A stretch of 55,799 nt of DNA from an uncultured Butyrivibrio sp. (GCA_944382105.1 CALWMX010000054.1:1-55799); one strand, 5' to 3'. Positions 38,944-50,325 are shown, counted from the stretch's first letter. Program-made: numbers and translations. The notes: generated by a model not told the origin, from the sequence alone.

Positions 38944-41900
38944 TGCTCCTCCTTATCGCCCTTGTAACCGAATTTCTGCCACATATCCGGCGTTCCCGAT
39001 ATTTTTTCTATTTTTCTTGCCGTCTTTGAACCTGTTTCAATTCCGCACACCGAGCCGTACGGACAGTAATCACAGGCGCCCTCATATGGTTCGGCCGCCA
39101 CGACTCCCGAGCGTATTTGCTTTTCCAGCTCCGAAAGCTTCTCTGCGGCAAAGTTTGACAGACATCTTAGCTGTTCTTCCGTAAATACCGTCTGTCCCAT
39201 TGTTACCTTGCCGCAGCGCTTCGAGGCCGGGGCGCACAATGATTTTCCGTCCTCCCAGTCATCCATAAGACCCACGCTTTCTATGCTGACAATACCGGCA
39301 GGCCTCATATTTTCAAGAAGCGCCCGCTCATATCCCTCCGGCGTATCTTCCTTGTAATCGGTTGCAATGGGATTATCAATATGATTATAAAAAGCGCCCG
39401 CCGCCATTATTTTTCTGCCCGGATTATCCTTTGTCGCCTTATCCAGCATACTGTTAAGGTATACCATGAGCTGCAGTTTCAGTCCGGCATATATTTCATC
39501 CAGTGAAAGCCTGTTCCTTCCTGATTTGTAATCCACAATCTTGACATGAAGCCGGTCTCCGTCCGAAGCGGTGTCTACCCTGTCAATTTTACCTGTAATC
39601 AAGGTTTGGCCTTCCTGTTGAAAGAATTTGCGTTCGAACTCTGCCGGTCTGAAAGCTCCGCTCTGAAGCTGTTTCCCAAGAGCCCATACCGTACATTCCG
39701 TTATGTCCGTGATTCTTTTCTTTATATATGCATTGGTGCTGCTGTCTGCAAAAAACGACTGCGAGAAATCCACCGATGCCTCCATGACCGCATCATCCGC
39801 AAGTCCGTGAATTTCCTCTTGCGATACATCGGCAAAGCTCCTGTTTTCTCCTGCAAGCTTTTCGGAAATAAGTTCAATAGCCCGATGAAAAACGGTTCCC
39901 ATATCAGCAGCGTTCAGCTCATACACCTGTCTTTCCTCCAGCTCAAGTCCGTATCTTGCGAAATGTGCAAATGCACATCCTGCAAAAGTTTCAATTCTTG
40001 TTATGCTGCTGCCTTTAAGTTCGCCGTAAAGCTCCCTTGAGGCTTTGGCGCTGAGCGTATCCACAGCGTCGCGGGACGTAAACACTGATAAAAGCTTTTT
40101 CAAATCGGAGGCATAAGGCTCATGATTCATGTAATAAATCAGAAGCGCGGCTGCCGTACCGTCCTGAACCGCTCCGCCGCCCATGTTTTTTCTTTCTGTC
40201 AGCAGATGCCTTGACGCCTTTGCATTTGTGATATGGGAAGCAATGTTGTTTACATCCGTAAGTCCCGCTTTGGGATACATTTTCCGCACCATGGAAAAGA
40301 CCCGTGAGACCTTGCTTTCCTTGCCGTCGGCATCGAATTTGTGGCTCATGAGATAAAGCCCCTTTTCCGGTTCCGTCATATTCAGATACAGATAAAAATT
40401 CTGCCTGAATACCTGTTCCCTCGGTGTAGGAGCCAGCTCAACCTTGTTGTCTCCCAGAACCCTGCGCTCATTTTCGGAAAGAACGCCTTTCACCGGGGCA
40501 GTTGCCGGAATAACGCCCTCATTGACTCCGAGTATATACAAAAGCTTAACATGCTCAAGCCTTGTTCTCTCAATATCCCCCATTGTTACGCAGTCCGCCG
40601 ACGGCGGTATTATTCCCACTTTAATCTCCTCAAAACCGGCATCCAGAATCTCCGCAAATTCTGCAGGGCTTATTTTTTCGTCTCCAAGCAGCGCGTCTGT
40701 CTGTTCCAAAAGCTCAACGACTCTGCCATATGCCTGCCTGAAACCGTCCGCTTTGGCTCTTACGCACAAATCCCCGGCCGCCGAAGCTTCCATTTTTGCC
40801 GCAAGGGCTTCCATTCGCTCATAGAGCTGTTCCTGCTCCATAAAATCATAGACAGCCCGGACATAATCGCCTACGGAAGAAGCCGAGTCCTTTATGACCT
40901 TTGTAAGATTTGCCAGCTTGTCCGTAAAAGCCTTTCTCACGGCATTGACCGTGGTCATATTCTTCTCCTTGCCGGGATATTTGCGCACAAAATTGCCGCT
41001 CCATGTTTTATATCCGCGAAGTCCGTAGGCAATAACGTAATTTTCGGTAATGTCTGCTTCGTCGGCGTCAATATCGCAAAGTCCGTTTTTTATAAAGCGG
41101 AACACGCTCTCATACGAGTAGTTCTCATTGATTACCTCCAGAGCAGCCCTTATGTATTCCACAAGCGGATTGCCTATGATTGTTCTCTTGGCATCAACGA
41201 AAAAAGGAATGCCGCTCTCGCTGAAAATCCTTACGGCTTCATCGGCATACATTTCCATATCGCCGACCACCACTGCGATGTCCCGGAAACGAAGACCGCC
41301 TTCCCTGACATTGCGGAGAATATCACATGCAGTGCATACAAGCTCGTCAGAGGGATTGTCCGGCCTTGCAAAGCGTATATCTTGCGTTGCCCCGGCATAC
41401 TGCTTTCCGTTATATCTGAAAATATTTTTTTCCAGAAAATCCAGCGCTTCCGATTTGGCAAAACGGTATCTGTCGTAATCAGGCTCCAGACGTTTGTATA
41501 CAACCTCTGCGCCAAGTCTGTCGGCAATACTGCCGGCCTTGGCAATCATTGTCTTACTCATGGCAAACAGCTCTTCTTCTCCCCTAAAAACATTATATGG
41601 TTCGTCGTTGGGGAGCGTTGCGGTAATTATGACCTTTTTTGCCGTACCGATTATTTTATCTATTATTCTGTACTGAACGGGCGTGAAGCCGGTAAATCCG
41701 TCGAACGCCACAACGGCGTCCTCAAAGAAACGTGATTTTTCCATAACCGCCAGCATGGTCTCCGGCCTGTCCTCCGCCGTGGAATATCTGCCGCTTATGT
41801 ACTCTTCAAAGGCCTCATATATTACGAGAATGTCATTCAGCTTCTGCTTAAGACGCTCGCCGGACTTAAGCCCGGCGATAATTTCCCTGAGCCCGTCCGG

Positions 41901-42308
41901 TTTTATGCCGTACTGCTTGAGCTCTGATATCATTGACTTTATTTCACTTATGAATCCCTGTCTTCTGTCGGCTTTAATTATACGCAGCTTGTGGGCCACC
42001 CCGTCGGTTACCATGCGGATTATAAGGTTTTTTCCGGTATCGTCAATATTTTCCGCCGTCTCAATCCCAAGCTCCTCGAAAATCCTGTAACACATCCTTC
42101 CGAAAGTAAGGACGTCAATATTGAACACGCCCTTATCAGGGTGCATCCTGACAATATCCTTCTGCGCCTGCATCGACGACTGCTCCGGCACCGCAATTAT
42201 GTATCTTCCAGAGATATTCTCATCCTTCATGGATTCTTTTATTATATTTTCGTAAAGCCTGTAGGTCTTTCCGTACCCGGACGAGCCCATCATAATCTCA
42301 AGCTGCAT
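38940..42308 (-). CDS. addB: ATP-dependent helicase/nuclease subunit B
   Basis: GSSGYGKT, VPEQ, DGFTGFTP, GKIDRVD..VDYKSG, CDYCPYGSVC Fe-S staple. Confidence 0.96.
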   Translation of the reverse strand: MQLEIMMGSSGYGKTYRLYENIIKESMKDENISGRYIIAVPEQSSMQAQKDIVRMHPDKGVFNIDVLTFGRMCYRIFEELGIETAENIDDTGKNLIIRMVTDGVAHKLRIIKADRRQGFISEIKSMISELKQYGIKPDGLREIIAGLKSGERLKQKLNDILVIYEAFEEYISGRYSTAEDRPETMLAVMEKSRFFEDAVVAFDGFTGFTPVQYRIIDKIIGTAKKVIITATLPNDEPYNVFRGEEELFAMSKTMIAKAGSIADRLGAEVVYKRLEPDYDRYRFAKSEALDFLEKNIFRYNGKQYAGATQDIRFARPDNPSDELVCTACDILRNVREGGLRFRDIAVVVGDMEMYADEAVRIFSESGIPFFVDAKRTIIGNPLVEYIRAALEVINENYSYESVFRFIKNGLCDIDADEADITENYVIAYGLRGYKTWSGNFVRKYPGKEKNMTTVNAVRKAFTDKLANLTKVIKDSASSVGDYVRAVYDFMEQEQLYERMEALAAKMEASAAGDLCVRAKADGFRQAYGRVVELLEQTDALLGDEKISPAEFAEILDAGFEEIKVGIIPPSADCVTMGDIERTRLEHVKLLYILGVNEGVIPATAPVKGVLSENERRVLGDNKVELAPTPREQVFRQNFYLYLNMTEPEKGLYLMSHKFDADGKESKVSRVFSMVRKMYPKAGLTDVNNIASHITNAKASRHLLTERKNMGGGAVQDGTAAALLIYYMNHEPYASDLKKLLSVFTSRDAVDTLSAKASRELYGELKGSSITRIETFAGCAFAHFARYGLELEERQVYELNAADMGTVFHRAIELISEKLAGENRSFADVSQEEIHGLADDAVMEASVDFSQSFFADSSTNAYIKKRITDITECTVWALGKQLQSGAFRPAEFERKFFQQEGQTLITGKIDRVDTASDGDRLHVKIVDYKSGRNRLSLDEIYAGLKLQLMVYLNSMLDKATKDNPGRKIMAAGAFYNHIDNPIATDYKEDTPEGYERALLENMRPAGIVSIESVGLMDDWEDGKSLCAPASKRCGKVTMGQTVFTEEQLRCLSNFAAEKLSELEKQIRSGVVAAEPYEGACDYCPYGSVCGIETGSKTARKIEKISGTPDMWQKFGYKGDKEEQ

Positions 42309-42436
42309 GCCGATACCTTCTTTTTTAATTAAATTTTACTAATCTCAAAAATAAAAATTGCCGTACCCTTCCAAACAAAAGTAATATTTTTGCATCTGAA
42401 ATAATATTCTGTAATAATCAGATGTGGGAGTTTGCC

Positions 42437-42871
42437 ATGAGTTCCAAAACAAAAATACTTGTCCTTAAGCTTAAAGAAATCATATACACCGCTGTCTTTG
42501 TGATATTGGGAATTATACTTATAGTTCTGCTGTTCCTTATCATAACAGGCAAATCCAAAAAAAACAGCAATGAGCCTGTGGCCGTCACAACATTTTCACC
42601 GGGAGTTTACACCTCGTCAATCGTTCTCGCTTCAAATCCGGTAGACATCGAGGTTGTTGTAGACAGCGAACAAATCAAATCCATAAATCTGGTAAATACC
42701 TCAGAATCGGTGGAAACAATGTACCCGCTTATATCTTCGTCACTGAATGACATTGCGTCGCAGGTGATAAAAAACAACTCCACCGAGAACATTACATATT
42801 CCCAGGACAGTAAATACACCTCAATTGTGCTGATTAACGCAATTAATGAAGCTCTTGAAAAAGCAAAATAA
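42437..42871 (+). CDS. Membrane-anchored protein with FMN-binding-like domain
   Basis: N-terminal TM; PGVYT..IEVVVDSEQIKSI..YTS..INEALEKAK pattern. Confidence 0.6.
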   Translation: MSSKTKILVLKLKEIIYTAVFVILGIILIVLLFLIITGKSKKNSNEPVAVTTFSPGVYTSSIVLASNPVDIEVVVDSEQIKSINLVNTSESVETMYPLISSSLNDIASQVIKNNSTENITYSQDSKYTSIVLINAINEALEKAK

Positions 42872-43141
42872 TATCTTGCCGACGTTTATACAGTTCGCCC
42901 GTCCATATGGTCCGGCGGACTGTTTTTTGCAATTTTTCCGGTCCGTTCCCGATGCGTCCATAAAACACAGGCTCCGGAGGCGGACCGTGAAATTCAGGAC
43001 AATTACGTAATTATCATAGCATACCGTATTGAAAATTTGAAGATAATAATTTATACTGAAACAAACGCTGTCAATTTTTTGCCGCCAAAAACGGCTGTAT
43101 TCAGCGAATTTGAATCATATATTATCTGATGAAATCAGGAG

Positions 43142-45070
43142 ATGGCAATGAAGGACGGATTTATAAAATGTGCGGCTATGATACCTGGCATAAAAGTTGC
43201 CGACTGCCGGCATAATGAACTGGAAATCAAAAAACTTATGGATAAGGCCGATGAAGCAGGAGCTCAGGTATTGGTGTTCCCTGAACTTTGCATTACCGGA
43301 TATACCTGCGGAGATTTATTCCTTCAGGACAAGCTTATCCGTGAGGCGCTTAATACGCTGGTAAATCTTGCCGAATATACGCAGGACAAAGATTTTATAG
43401 CATTTGTAGGACTTCCGTTTATGCACAGATGCAAGCTTTACAATGCGGCTGCGGCTGTAAGCGGAGGAAAAATACTTGGCATCACGCCGAAAACACATCT
43501 GCCGAACTATTCCGAATTTTATGAACAGCGTCATTTTAATACTTACACAAAAGACACGATCCTTATACCGGTAGACGGAATAAGCTACCAAATACCTTTC
43601 GGCACCAAATTGCTGTATAACTGCGTTAATATGAAAGAGCTTGTGATAGCCGCCGAAATCTGCGAGGATGTATGGGCGCCCAATCCGCCCTCCATATCAC
43701 ATGCCATTGCCGGCGCAACAATGATTGTAAACTGCTCCGCAAGCGACGAGACAACGGGAAAAGATATTTACCGCAGAGACCTTATATCCGGTCAGTCGGC
43801 AAGGCTTGTATCAGCCTATGTGTACTGCAATGCCGGAGACGGAGAATCAACTCAGGACCTTGTTTTCGGCGGTCAGAGCATTATCGCCGAGAACGGCTCA
43901 ATACTGTCTGAAGCCCGCCGATTTGTCAATGAATCCATATTCGCCGAAGTTGATTTGGGCAGGATAACAAGCGAGCGGCGCCGAATGACTACGTTCCCCG
44001 CCGGTGAAGACCTAACCGACGGTTATTTTGAAGCAGGGTTTTCCCTCAGGCAAAGAACAGTTGAGCTCAAGAGAAAATATAATGTGACTCCGTTTGTCCC
44101 TTCCGACAAGTCGGACAGGGACGCACGCTGCGAGGAAATTCTCATGATTCAGGCAATGGGGCTCAAAAAGCGTCTTGCACACACCGGCTGTATGCATGCT
44201 GTAATAGGGATTTCCGGAGGTCTTGACTCCACCTTGGCACTGCTTGTTACCGCCAAGGCCTTTGATATGCTCGGAATTGACCGTAAAAATATTGATGCCG
44301 TTACAATGCCGTGCTTTGGCACAACGGATCGTACCTACAATAATGCATGCCGGCTTGTACACAGTATCGGAGCTTCCCTCAGGGAGATAAACATCCGCGA
44401 TTCGGTGAATATGCATTTTAAAGACATAGGACATAATCCGGACGTTCACGATGTAACATACGAGAACTGTCAGGCGCGAGAGCGCACACAGATACTTATG
44501 GATATTGCCAACCAGAACGGCGGACTTGTTATAGGCACCGGCGACATGTCCGAGCTTGCTCTCGGCTGGGCCACTTACAACGGCGACCATATGTCAATGT
44601 ACGGTGTAAACTGTTCCATACCTAAAACACTTGTACGTCATCTGGTAAAATATTATGCCGACACCTGCGGCAAAGAAAATCTCTCCAGGGTGCTTTTTGA
44701 TGTGCTTGATACCCCTGTGAGTCCCGAACTGCTGCCTCCGGTTGACGGTATTATATCACAGAAAACGGAGGACATTGTCGGGCCGTATGAACTCCATGAT
44801 TTTTTTATGTACTACATTCTCAGATTCGGATACACGCCATCCAAAATATACCGCCTTGCCTGCAATGCGTTCGTAAACTTTTATGACAAAGCAACCATAC
44901 TTGCATGGCTTAAAGTATTTTACAGACGTTTTTTTTCACAGCAGTTTAAGCGCTCCTGCCTCCCGGACGGTCCGAAGGTCGGTTCTGTTGCGGTATCTCC
45001 CCGCGGCGATTTAAGGATGCCAAGCGATGCATGTGCGAGGATTTGGCTGTCGGAGCTGGATGAATTGTAA
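43142..45070 (+). CDS. nadE: Glutamine-dependent NAD+ synthetase
   Basis: FPELCITGY, EICED (glutaminase), GISGGLDST, ENCQARER, FKRSCLPDGPK. Confidence 0.97.
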   Translation: MAMKDGFIKCAAMIPGIKVADCRHNELEIKKLMDKADEAGAQVLVFPELCITGYTCGDLFLQDKLIREALNTLVNLAEYTQDKDFIAFVGLPFMHRCKLYNAAAAVSGGKILGITPKTHLPNYSEFYEQRHFNTYTKDTILIPVDGISYQIPFGTKLLYNCVNMKELVIAAEICEDVWAPNPPSISHAIAGATMIVNCSASDETTGKDIYRRDLISGQSARLVSAYVYCNAGDGESTQDLVFGGQSIIAENGSILSEARRFVNESIFAEVDLGRITSERRRMTTFPAGEDLTDGYFEAGFSLRQRTVELKRKYNVTPFVPSDKSDRDARCEEILMIQAMGLKKRLAHTGCMHAVIGISGGLDSTLALLVTAKAFDMLGIDRKNIDAVTMPCFGTTDRTYNNACRLVHSIGASLREINIRDSVNMHFKDIGHNPDVHDVTYENCQARERTQILMDIANQNGGLVIGTGDMSELALGWATYNGDHMSMYGVNCSIPKTLVRHLVKYYADTCGKENLSRVLFDVLDTPVSPELLPPVDGIISQKTEDIVGPYELHDFFMYYILRFGYTPSKIYRLACNAFVNFYDKATILAWLKVFYRRFFSQQFKRSCLPDGPKVGSVAVSPRGDLRMPSDACARIWLSELDEL

Positions 45071-45082
45071 GAAACGGGATAC

Positions 45083-45124
45083 AAAAACACGAAGACCGAT
45101 TATTAAATCCGTCTTCGTGTTTTT
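45083..45124. terminator. Bidirectional terminator
   Basis: AAAAACACGAAGAC/GTCTTCGTGTTTTT. Confidence 0.85.
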
Positions 45125-45132
45125 ACTTAAAA

Positions 45133-45459
45133 CTATCTTACCAAATCATCGACAGCGGTAGCCGCATCATCCACAATGGTTTCAACCGTATCTTCCAAAT
45201 CGTCCATTACGCCGTTTCCGCCTGAGCTTTCCTTATTGGTTGTTCCGCTGTTGTTTCCGTTATTTGAACTTGTGGCAGTCTCTTTGTTATTGTTATTTTT
45301 TGTTTCTGAATTGGTCTCGCGATTGCCGGAAGTTCCGTTTTGTTCTGTACTAGTTCCTGATTGGCTGCTCCCATTATTATCGTCATTGCCACACCCCACG
45401 ATTCCGATTGTGCATAATGCCAATGCCATACATAAAAATAGAATTTTAATCCTTTTCAT
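45133..45459 (-). CDS. Small low-complexity lipoprotein
   Basis: AAGGAG RBS, lipobox IVGC, N/S/T/G-rich body. Confidence 0.8.
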   Translation of the reverse strand: MKRIKILFLCMALALCTIGIVGCGNDDNNGSSQSGTSTEQNGTSGNRETNSETKNNNNKETATSSNNGNNSGTTNKESSGGNGVMDDLEDTVETIVDDAATAVDDLVR

Positions 45460-45508
45460 TGTTTTACTCCTTTTAATGTTTTGTCATTAGTATTAGCATA
45501 AAGTTCAA

Positions 45509-45560
45509 AAAAATACTTCCTTATGTCAGGTATTATTTTACTGAATAAGGAAGTATTTTT
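45509..45560 (-). terminator. Terminator after dapB
   Basis: AAAAATACTTCCTTAT/ATAAGGAAGTATTTTT. Confidence 0.75.
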
Positions 45561-45591
45561 ATTTTTTTAATATTTTTAAAAAGCCGGTAAA

Positions 45592-46347
45592 TTACTCTGT
45601 AACTTCTTTCATCGTATACATTCCGGCAGGCTTTCCCTTGAGGAATTTAGCAGCTTCAACCGCGCCTTTTGCAAACACGGTCTTGGAATATGCCGTATGC
45701 TTAAATTCGATTACTTCATCCTCTCCGGCAAAAATTACATCGTGTTCGCCCACTATCGTTCCTCCTCTTACGGCGCTTATACCTATTTCATTCTTAGGAC
45801 GAGGAACTCTGTCGGCGCTTCTGTCAAATTTATAGCTGTAAGGCTCAGGAAGGCCTTCATTTACTGCATCAGCAAGAGCAAGCGCTGTACCGCTTGGAGC
45901 ATCAACCTTAAAATGATGATGCTTTTCAACTATCTCAATGTCAAAACCGGCTTCGGCAAGAAGCGGAGATACTGACTTTAAAATTTTAAAAAGCGTATTT
46001 ATCCCCAATGACATATTGGCCGAACGAAGAACCGCAGTCTTATGGCTGGCAGCCTCCGCTTTGGCAATCTGCTCTTCACTTAATCCGGTAGTGCACAGCA
46101 CCAGCGGAAGCCTGTGGGCAGCGCAGTAATCAATAAGTGCATCAACCGCCTTAGCGGATGCAAAATCAATTACAACATCCGCCTGCACATCACATTCCTC
46201 CAGCGATGAGAAAACCGGATATGCGTTATGTCCGTCATCAAAAATATCAATGCCTGCAACAATCTGAGCGTTATCGTCATCGGCAACAAGCTTTGTGATA
46301 ACCTGTCCCATTTTGCCGTTACATCCATGCATAATTATTTTAACCAT
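45592..46347 (-). CDS. dapB: 4-hydroxy-tetrahydrodipicolinate reductase
   Basis: GCNGKMG, CTTG, EKHHHFKVDAPSGTA, RGGTIVGEH. Confidence 0.97.
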   Translation of the reverse strand: MVKIIMHGCNGKMGQVITKLVADDDNAQIVAGIDIFDDGHNAYPVFSSLEECDVQADVVIDFASAKAVDALIDYCAAHRLPLVLCTTGLSEEQIAKAEAASHKTAVLRSANMSLGINTLFKILKSVSPLLAEAGFDIEIVEKHHHFKVDAPSGTALALADAVNEGLPEPYSYKFDRSADRVPRPKNEIGISAVRGGTIVGEHDVIFAGEDEVIEFKHTAYSKTVFAKGAVEAAKFLKGKPAGMYTMKEVTE

Positions 46348-46451
46348 TATTCTACCTCTTTATATTATCTGCAAAATACCGCTATGCGTTTCTGCCTGCG
46401 TTTTACGTTTTGGACCGGATTCACTCCCGGCATCATATATTTGCCAAGCGC

Positions 46452-47336
46452 TTACAGCAGTCCGTAATTTGTCATGGCGGTTTTGAGTCTTTCAAGATTG
46501 GCCGGTTCCATAGGCGATAAAGGCATTCTGAGCGGTCCTGCCTCCATGCCCATAAGATTCATGGCATGCTTAACAGGTATCGGATTGACCTCGCAGAAAA
46601 GCGCCTTGATAAGCTCAATCGCCTCAAGCTGCTTACGGCATGAACTCTTCACATCCCCCGCAAGATAATCCGCAACAATTTCATGCGTCTGTCTTGGCGC
46701 AACATTGGACAAGACTGAAATCACTCCCTTGCCTCCCAGTGACATAATAGGCACAATCTGGTCGTCATTGCCGGAATATAAGTCAATCTTGCCGTCCATC
46801 ATACTCATAAGCGCGGCAACCTGCGATATATCTCCTGACGCTTCTTTTATACCCACTACATTGGAAGCTTCCCTGCAGATTGCGGCAACGGTTGCCGGCT
46901 GAATGTTACAGCCCGTCCTGCTTGGAACATTGTAAAGGATAACGGGAATCTTAACCGCATCCGCCATGGCTTTGAAATGACTCACAAGCCCCGCCTGCGT
47001 GGCCTTATTATAGTAAGGCGTGACGCACAAAAGCGCATCTGCTCCGGCTTCCTGCGCTTCTTTTGAAAGAGCAATCCCGAATTCCGTACAGTTGGAGCCC
47101 GTTCCGGCAATTACCGGAACCCTGCCCTTGACCTGCTCCACGCCGAATTTGATAACATCAATATGCTCCTGTGTGGAAAGTGTGGCTGCCTCTCCTGTAG
47201 TTCCGCAGATGATTATACTGTCCGTGTGATTGTCAATCTGAAACTCAATAATCTCGGCAAGCTTATCGTAATTAACGCTGCCGTCCTCATGCATTGGTGT
47301 TATAAGCGCAACACCCGCTCCTGTAAAAACTGACAT
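46452..47336 (-). CDS. dapA: 4-hydroxy-tetrahydrodipicolinate synthase
   Basis: GTTGE, YNVPSRT, GIKEASG, SGNDD, NPIPVK. Confidence 0.97.
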   Translation of the reverse strand: MSVFTGAGVALITPMHEDGSVNYDKLAEIIEFQIDNHTDSIIICGTTGEAATLSTQEHIDVIKFGVEQVKGRVPVIAGTGSNCTEFGIALSKEAQEAGADALLCVTPYYNKATQAGLVSHFKAMADAVKIPVILYNVPSRTGCNIQPATVAAICREASNVVGIKEASGDISQVAALMSMMDGKIDLYSGNDDQIVPIMSLGGKGVISVLSNVAPRQTHEIVADYLAGDVKSSCRKQLEAIELIKALFCEVNPIPVKHAMNLMGMEAGPLRMPLSPMEPANLERLKTAMTNYGLL

Positions 47337-47352
47337 AATCGTCCTCCTTATA

Positions 47353-47382
47353 AAATAAAAGAGCCGGCAGGATGCCAGCCCT
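47353..47382 (-). terminator. Terminator in lysine riboswitch expression platform
   Basis: AGGGCTGGCA-loop-TGCCGGCTCT + TTTATTTT before RBS. Confidence 0.75.
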
Positions 47383-47410
47383 TAAAGCCATACTCATATC
47401 GAATAATACT

Positions 47411-47575
47411 TTAGTAGCTCCCCATCCTGCGATGACAGTAATATGGTTATTAACCATATTCCCAGCGTTCATAACCTCAGGTATTATGCCGCTTCGGCAC
47501 CATTCCCTTTCAACCATGCTCATATATGCCTGACATATCACATGGAATACTTATTAACGGTGCGACCTCTACTTA
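47411..47575 (-). ncRNA. Lysine riboswitch
   Basis: AGTAGAGGTCGC...GAAAGG...GCCGAA...CTGGG...ACTGTC...GGAGCTACT; upstream of dapA. Confidence 0.92.
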
Positions 47576-47594
47576 ATATATTTATGTTAAAAAC

Positions 47595-47623
47595 AGTGTA
47601 ACATTACTGACGGTAATAGTCAA
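47595..47623 (-). promoter_or_regulatory. Sigma-A promoter of lysine riboswitch-dapAB
   Basis: TTGACT-N17-TACACT with extended TG. Confidence 0.65.
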
Positions 47624-47667
47624 CCTGTTTTTTGAAGACACAGATGTATCTGCCGCGTTTTACATCA

Positions 47668-48297
47668 TTATTCATCTAAGAACTCAATTTTACTGACGGA
47701 CACTTCATATGCCACCCTTTTTTCACACTCTTCTTCATTGATACGCTTGGTATATTCACGGCTCTGTATCCTTCCATATACCTGAATATGCCCTCCTACC
47801 TCAAAACCTGACGCATATCTGGCGTTGCGTCCCCATGCTATGCACGGTATGTAATCCGATTTGCCGTAAGGTCTGTTTACTGCTATAAGAATATCGGCAA
47901 TCTCCCTTCCAAGAGGTGTTTTCCTGTAAATAGGCGGTTTGCAGATATATCCGTCAAGATATATCTGATTTGTGCTCATATCTTCATCATAATCATCAAT
48001 AAATTCCAGTTCTCTAACAAAAATAGAAAGCACAAGTCTGTTTTTTGTCTCCTCATGCCTGTTATACGAACGGAACTGTCCCGACGCCTCAATAATTGTG
48101 CCGCGAAGATCCTCCGTAACATCCACCAGCCTCTCGGAAATCATCAATGGAATCACATCCACGCTGTTGCTGAGACGGTTAACGGATATGTTTACCGTAT
48201 AAAAGCCTTCTCCATACACCTCGTGGCTGAACTGAAATTCAGAAACCACCTCTCCGATAATTGTAACTTTGTTGTTTTCAATAACCTTATCAACCAT
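47668..48297 (-). CDS. ssb: Single-stranded DNA-binding protein, tandem OB-fold clostridial type
   Basis: NKVTIIG..GQFRSYN and NQIYLDG..RKTPLGREI..DYIPCIAWG..GRIQSREY. Confidence 0.88.
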   Translation of the reverse strand: MVDKVIENNKVTIIGEVVSEFQFSHEVYGEGFYTVNISVNRLSNSVDVIPLMISERLVDVTEDLRGTIIEASGQFRSYNRHEETKNRLVLSIFVRELEFIDDYDEDMSTNQIYLDGYICKPPIYRKTPLGREIADILIAVNRPYGKSDYIPCIAWGRNARYASGFEVGGHIQVYGRIQSREYTKRINEEECEKRVAYEVSVSKIEFLDE

Positions 48298-48486
48298 TCT
48301 TCTGTTTCTCCCTTCTACTTAACCTGCAGCATCTTTCATCCCCGATGTCTGCAATCGTTGTTTGATAATTTTATCTATAAATATTATGCACCATATTTCC
48401 ATTTTAGAACAAAAATATTGTAATAATGAAAAAATGTGTTAAAATATTTGATTGTACATGTTTTTATTATATATCGGAGGTTTTTT

Positions 48487-50316
48487 ATGATTTCAGAACG
48501 TGAAGATGTGAGAAACATTGCAATTATCGCGCATGTAGACCACGGCAAAACCACACTTGTAGATGAACTGTTAAAGCAAAGCGGCACCTTCAGGGAAAAT
48601 CAGGAAGTCGCAGAGCGTGTTATGGATTCCAACGACATTGAACGGGAAAGAGGTATTACCATTCTTTCCAAAAACACTGCCGTTCATTATAAAAACACCA
48701 AAATAAACATCATAGACACTCCGGGCCACGCCGATTTCGGCGGGGAGGTGGAACGCGTTCTCAAAATGGTAAACGGAGTAATACTTGTAGTTGACGCTTA
48801 TGAAGGCGTTATGCCGCAGACTAAATTCGTTCTCCAGAAAGCGCTTGAGCTTGATTTGGATTTAATCGTGTGTATAAATAAAATAGACCGGCCTGAGGCA
48901 AGACCGGACGAGGTCACGGATGAAGTGCTCGAACTTCTTCTGGAGCTTGACGCCAATGATAAACAGCTGGATTGTCCTTTCATATTCGCCTCCGCAAGAA
49001 ACGGATATGCCAAATATAATATGGAAGATGAGTCCGATAATATGGAACCTCTTTTTGAGACTATAATAAACAGCATTCCCGCCCCTAAAGGAGATACCGA
49101 GGCGCCTTTGCAGCTTCTTATCAGCACAATAGATTACAATGATTATGTGGGAAGAATCGGCGTAGGAAAGGTCGACAACGGCGTTATCAGGGTCAATCAG
49201 GAAGTTATGATTGTCAATCACCACGATACCGATAAGCATCAGCGCGTAAAGGTTACAAAACTGTATGAATTTGACGGGCTTAATAAAACAGAAGTAAATG
49301 AAGCAACTGTGGGCTCAATAGTCGCCGTTTCCGGAATTTCCGACATCAAAATCGGCGACACTATATGCTCGGTTGACAACCCCCAGGCAATTCCTTTCCA
49401 GAAAATCTCGGAGCCTACGATAGCGATGAATTTTATGGTCAATGATTCGCCTCTTGCGGGCCAGGAGGGCAAATTTGTAACTTCAAGACATCTGCGCGAA
49501 AGACTCATGCGCGAGCTGAACACGGACGTGAGCCTGCGGGTGGAGGAAACAGATAACACAGACTGTTTCAAAGTTTCCGGACGCGGAGAGCTGCATCTGT
49601 CCGTCCTTATTGAGAACATGAGGCGTGAAGGTTACGAATTTGCGGTAAGCAAGGCAGAGGTTCTTTACAAAACCGATGAACGAGGCAATAAACTTGAACC
49701 TATGGAAACGGCGTATATAGATGTCCCTGAGGATTGTTCCGGAACCGTAATCCAGAAGCTCAGCATAAGAAAAGGAGAGCTGAACGGAATGGCCCCATTA
49801 AACGGCCAGACCACCAGACTCGAATTTTCAATTCCCTCAAGAGGCCTTATAGGATATACCAACGAATTCCTTACGGACACTAAAGGCAATGGGATTATAA
49901 ACACCATTTTTGACGGGTACGGCCTATACAAAGGAGACATACAGTACCGCAAACAGGGTTCGCTTATCGCATTTGAGAACGGTGAAGCAATTACCTACGG
50001 TCTTTATAATGCTCAGGAACGCGGCACTCTTTTTATCGGTCCGGGCGAAAAGGTTTATGCTGGTATGATTGTCGGACAGACAGGCCGCGCAGAGGATATC
50101 GAGGTCAATGTGTGCAAGACAAAGCATCTTACCAATACTCGTTCTTCAAGCGCAGACGACGCCCTCAGGCTTGTGCCGCCTAAGGTTATGAGCCTTGAGC
50201 AGTCTCTTGAATTTATTGATTCTGACGAGCTTCTTGAGGTAACGCCTAAACACCTCCGTATAAGGAAAAAAATTCTTGATTCGACGGCTCGTTACAGAGC
50301 TAAGAAAAACGGCTGA
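48487..50316 (+). CDS. typA: Translational GTPase TypA/BipA
   Basis: [48 protein letters not shown]. Confidence 0.97.
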   Translation: MISEREDVRNIAIIAHVDHGKTTLVDELLKQSGTFRENQEVAERVMDSNDIERERGITILSKNTAVHYKNTKINIIDTPGHADFGGEVERVLKMVNGVILVVDAYEGVMPQTKFVLQKALELDLDLIVCINKIDRPEARPDEVTDEVLELLLELDANDKQLDCPFIFASARNGYAKYNMEDESDNMEPLFETIINSIPAPKGDTEAPLQLLISTIDYNDYVGRIGVGKVDNGVIRVNQEVMIVNHHDTDKHQRVKVTKLYEFDGLNKTEVNEATVGSIVAVSGISDIKIGDTICSVDNPQAIPFQKISEPTIAMNFMVNDSPLAGQEGKFVTSRHLRERLMRELNTDVSLRVEETDNTDCFKVSGRGELHLSVLIENMRREGYEFAVSKAEVLYKTDERGNKLEPMETAYIDVPEDCSGTVIQKLSIRKGELNGMAPLNGQTTRLEFSIPSRGLIGYTNEFLTDTKGNGIINTIFDGYGLYKGDIQYRKQGSLIAFENGEAITYGLYNAQERGTLFIGPGEKVYAGMIVGQTGRAEDIEVNVCKTKHLTNTRSSSADDALRLVPPKVMSLEQSLEFIDSDELLEVTPKHLRIRKKILDSTARYRAKKNG

Positions 50317-50325
50317 ATGCATAAA

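Noticed and set aside
40341-41735. 464-aa plus-strand ORF (also 17032-17829, 7810-8490 and others)
   Set aside because: Antisense shadows of well-supported genes with no recognisable motifs or RBS
47287-47541. 84-aa ORF upstream of dapA
   Set aside because: Coincides with the lysine riboswitch
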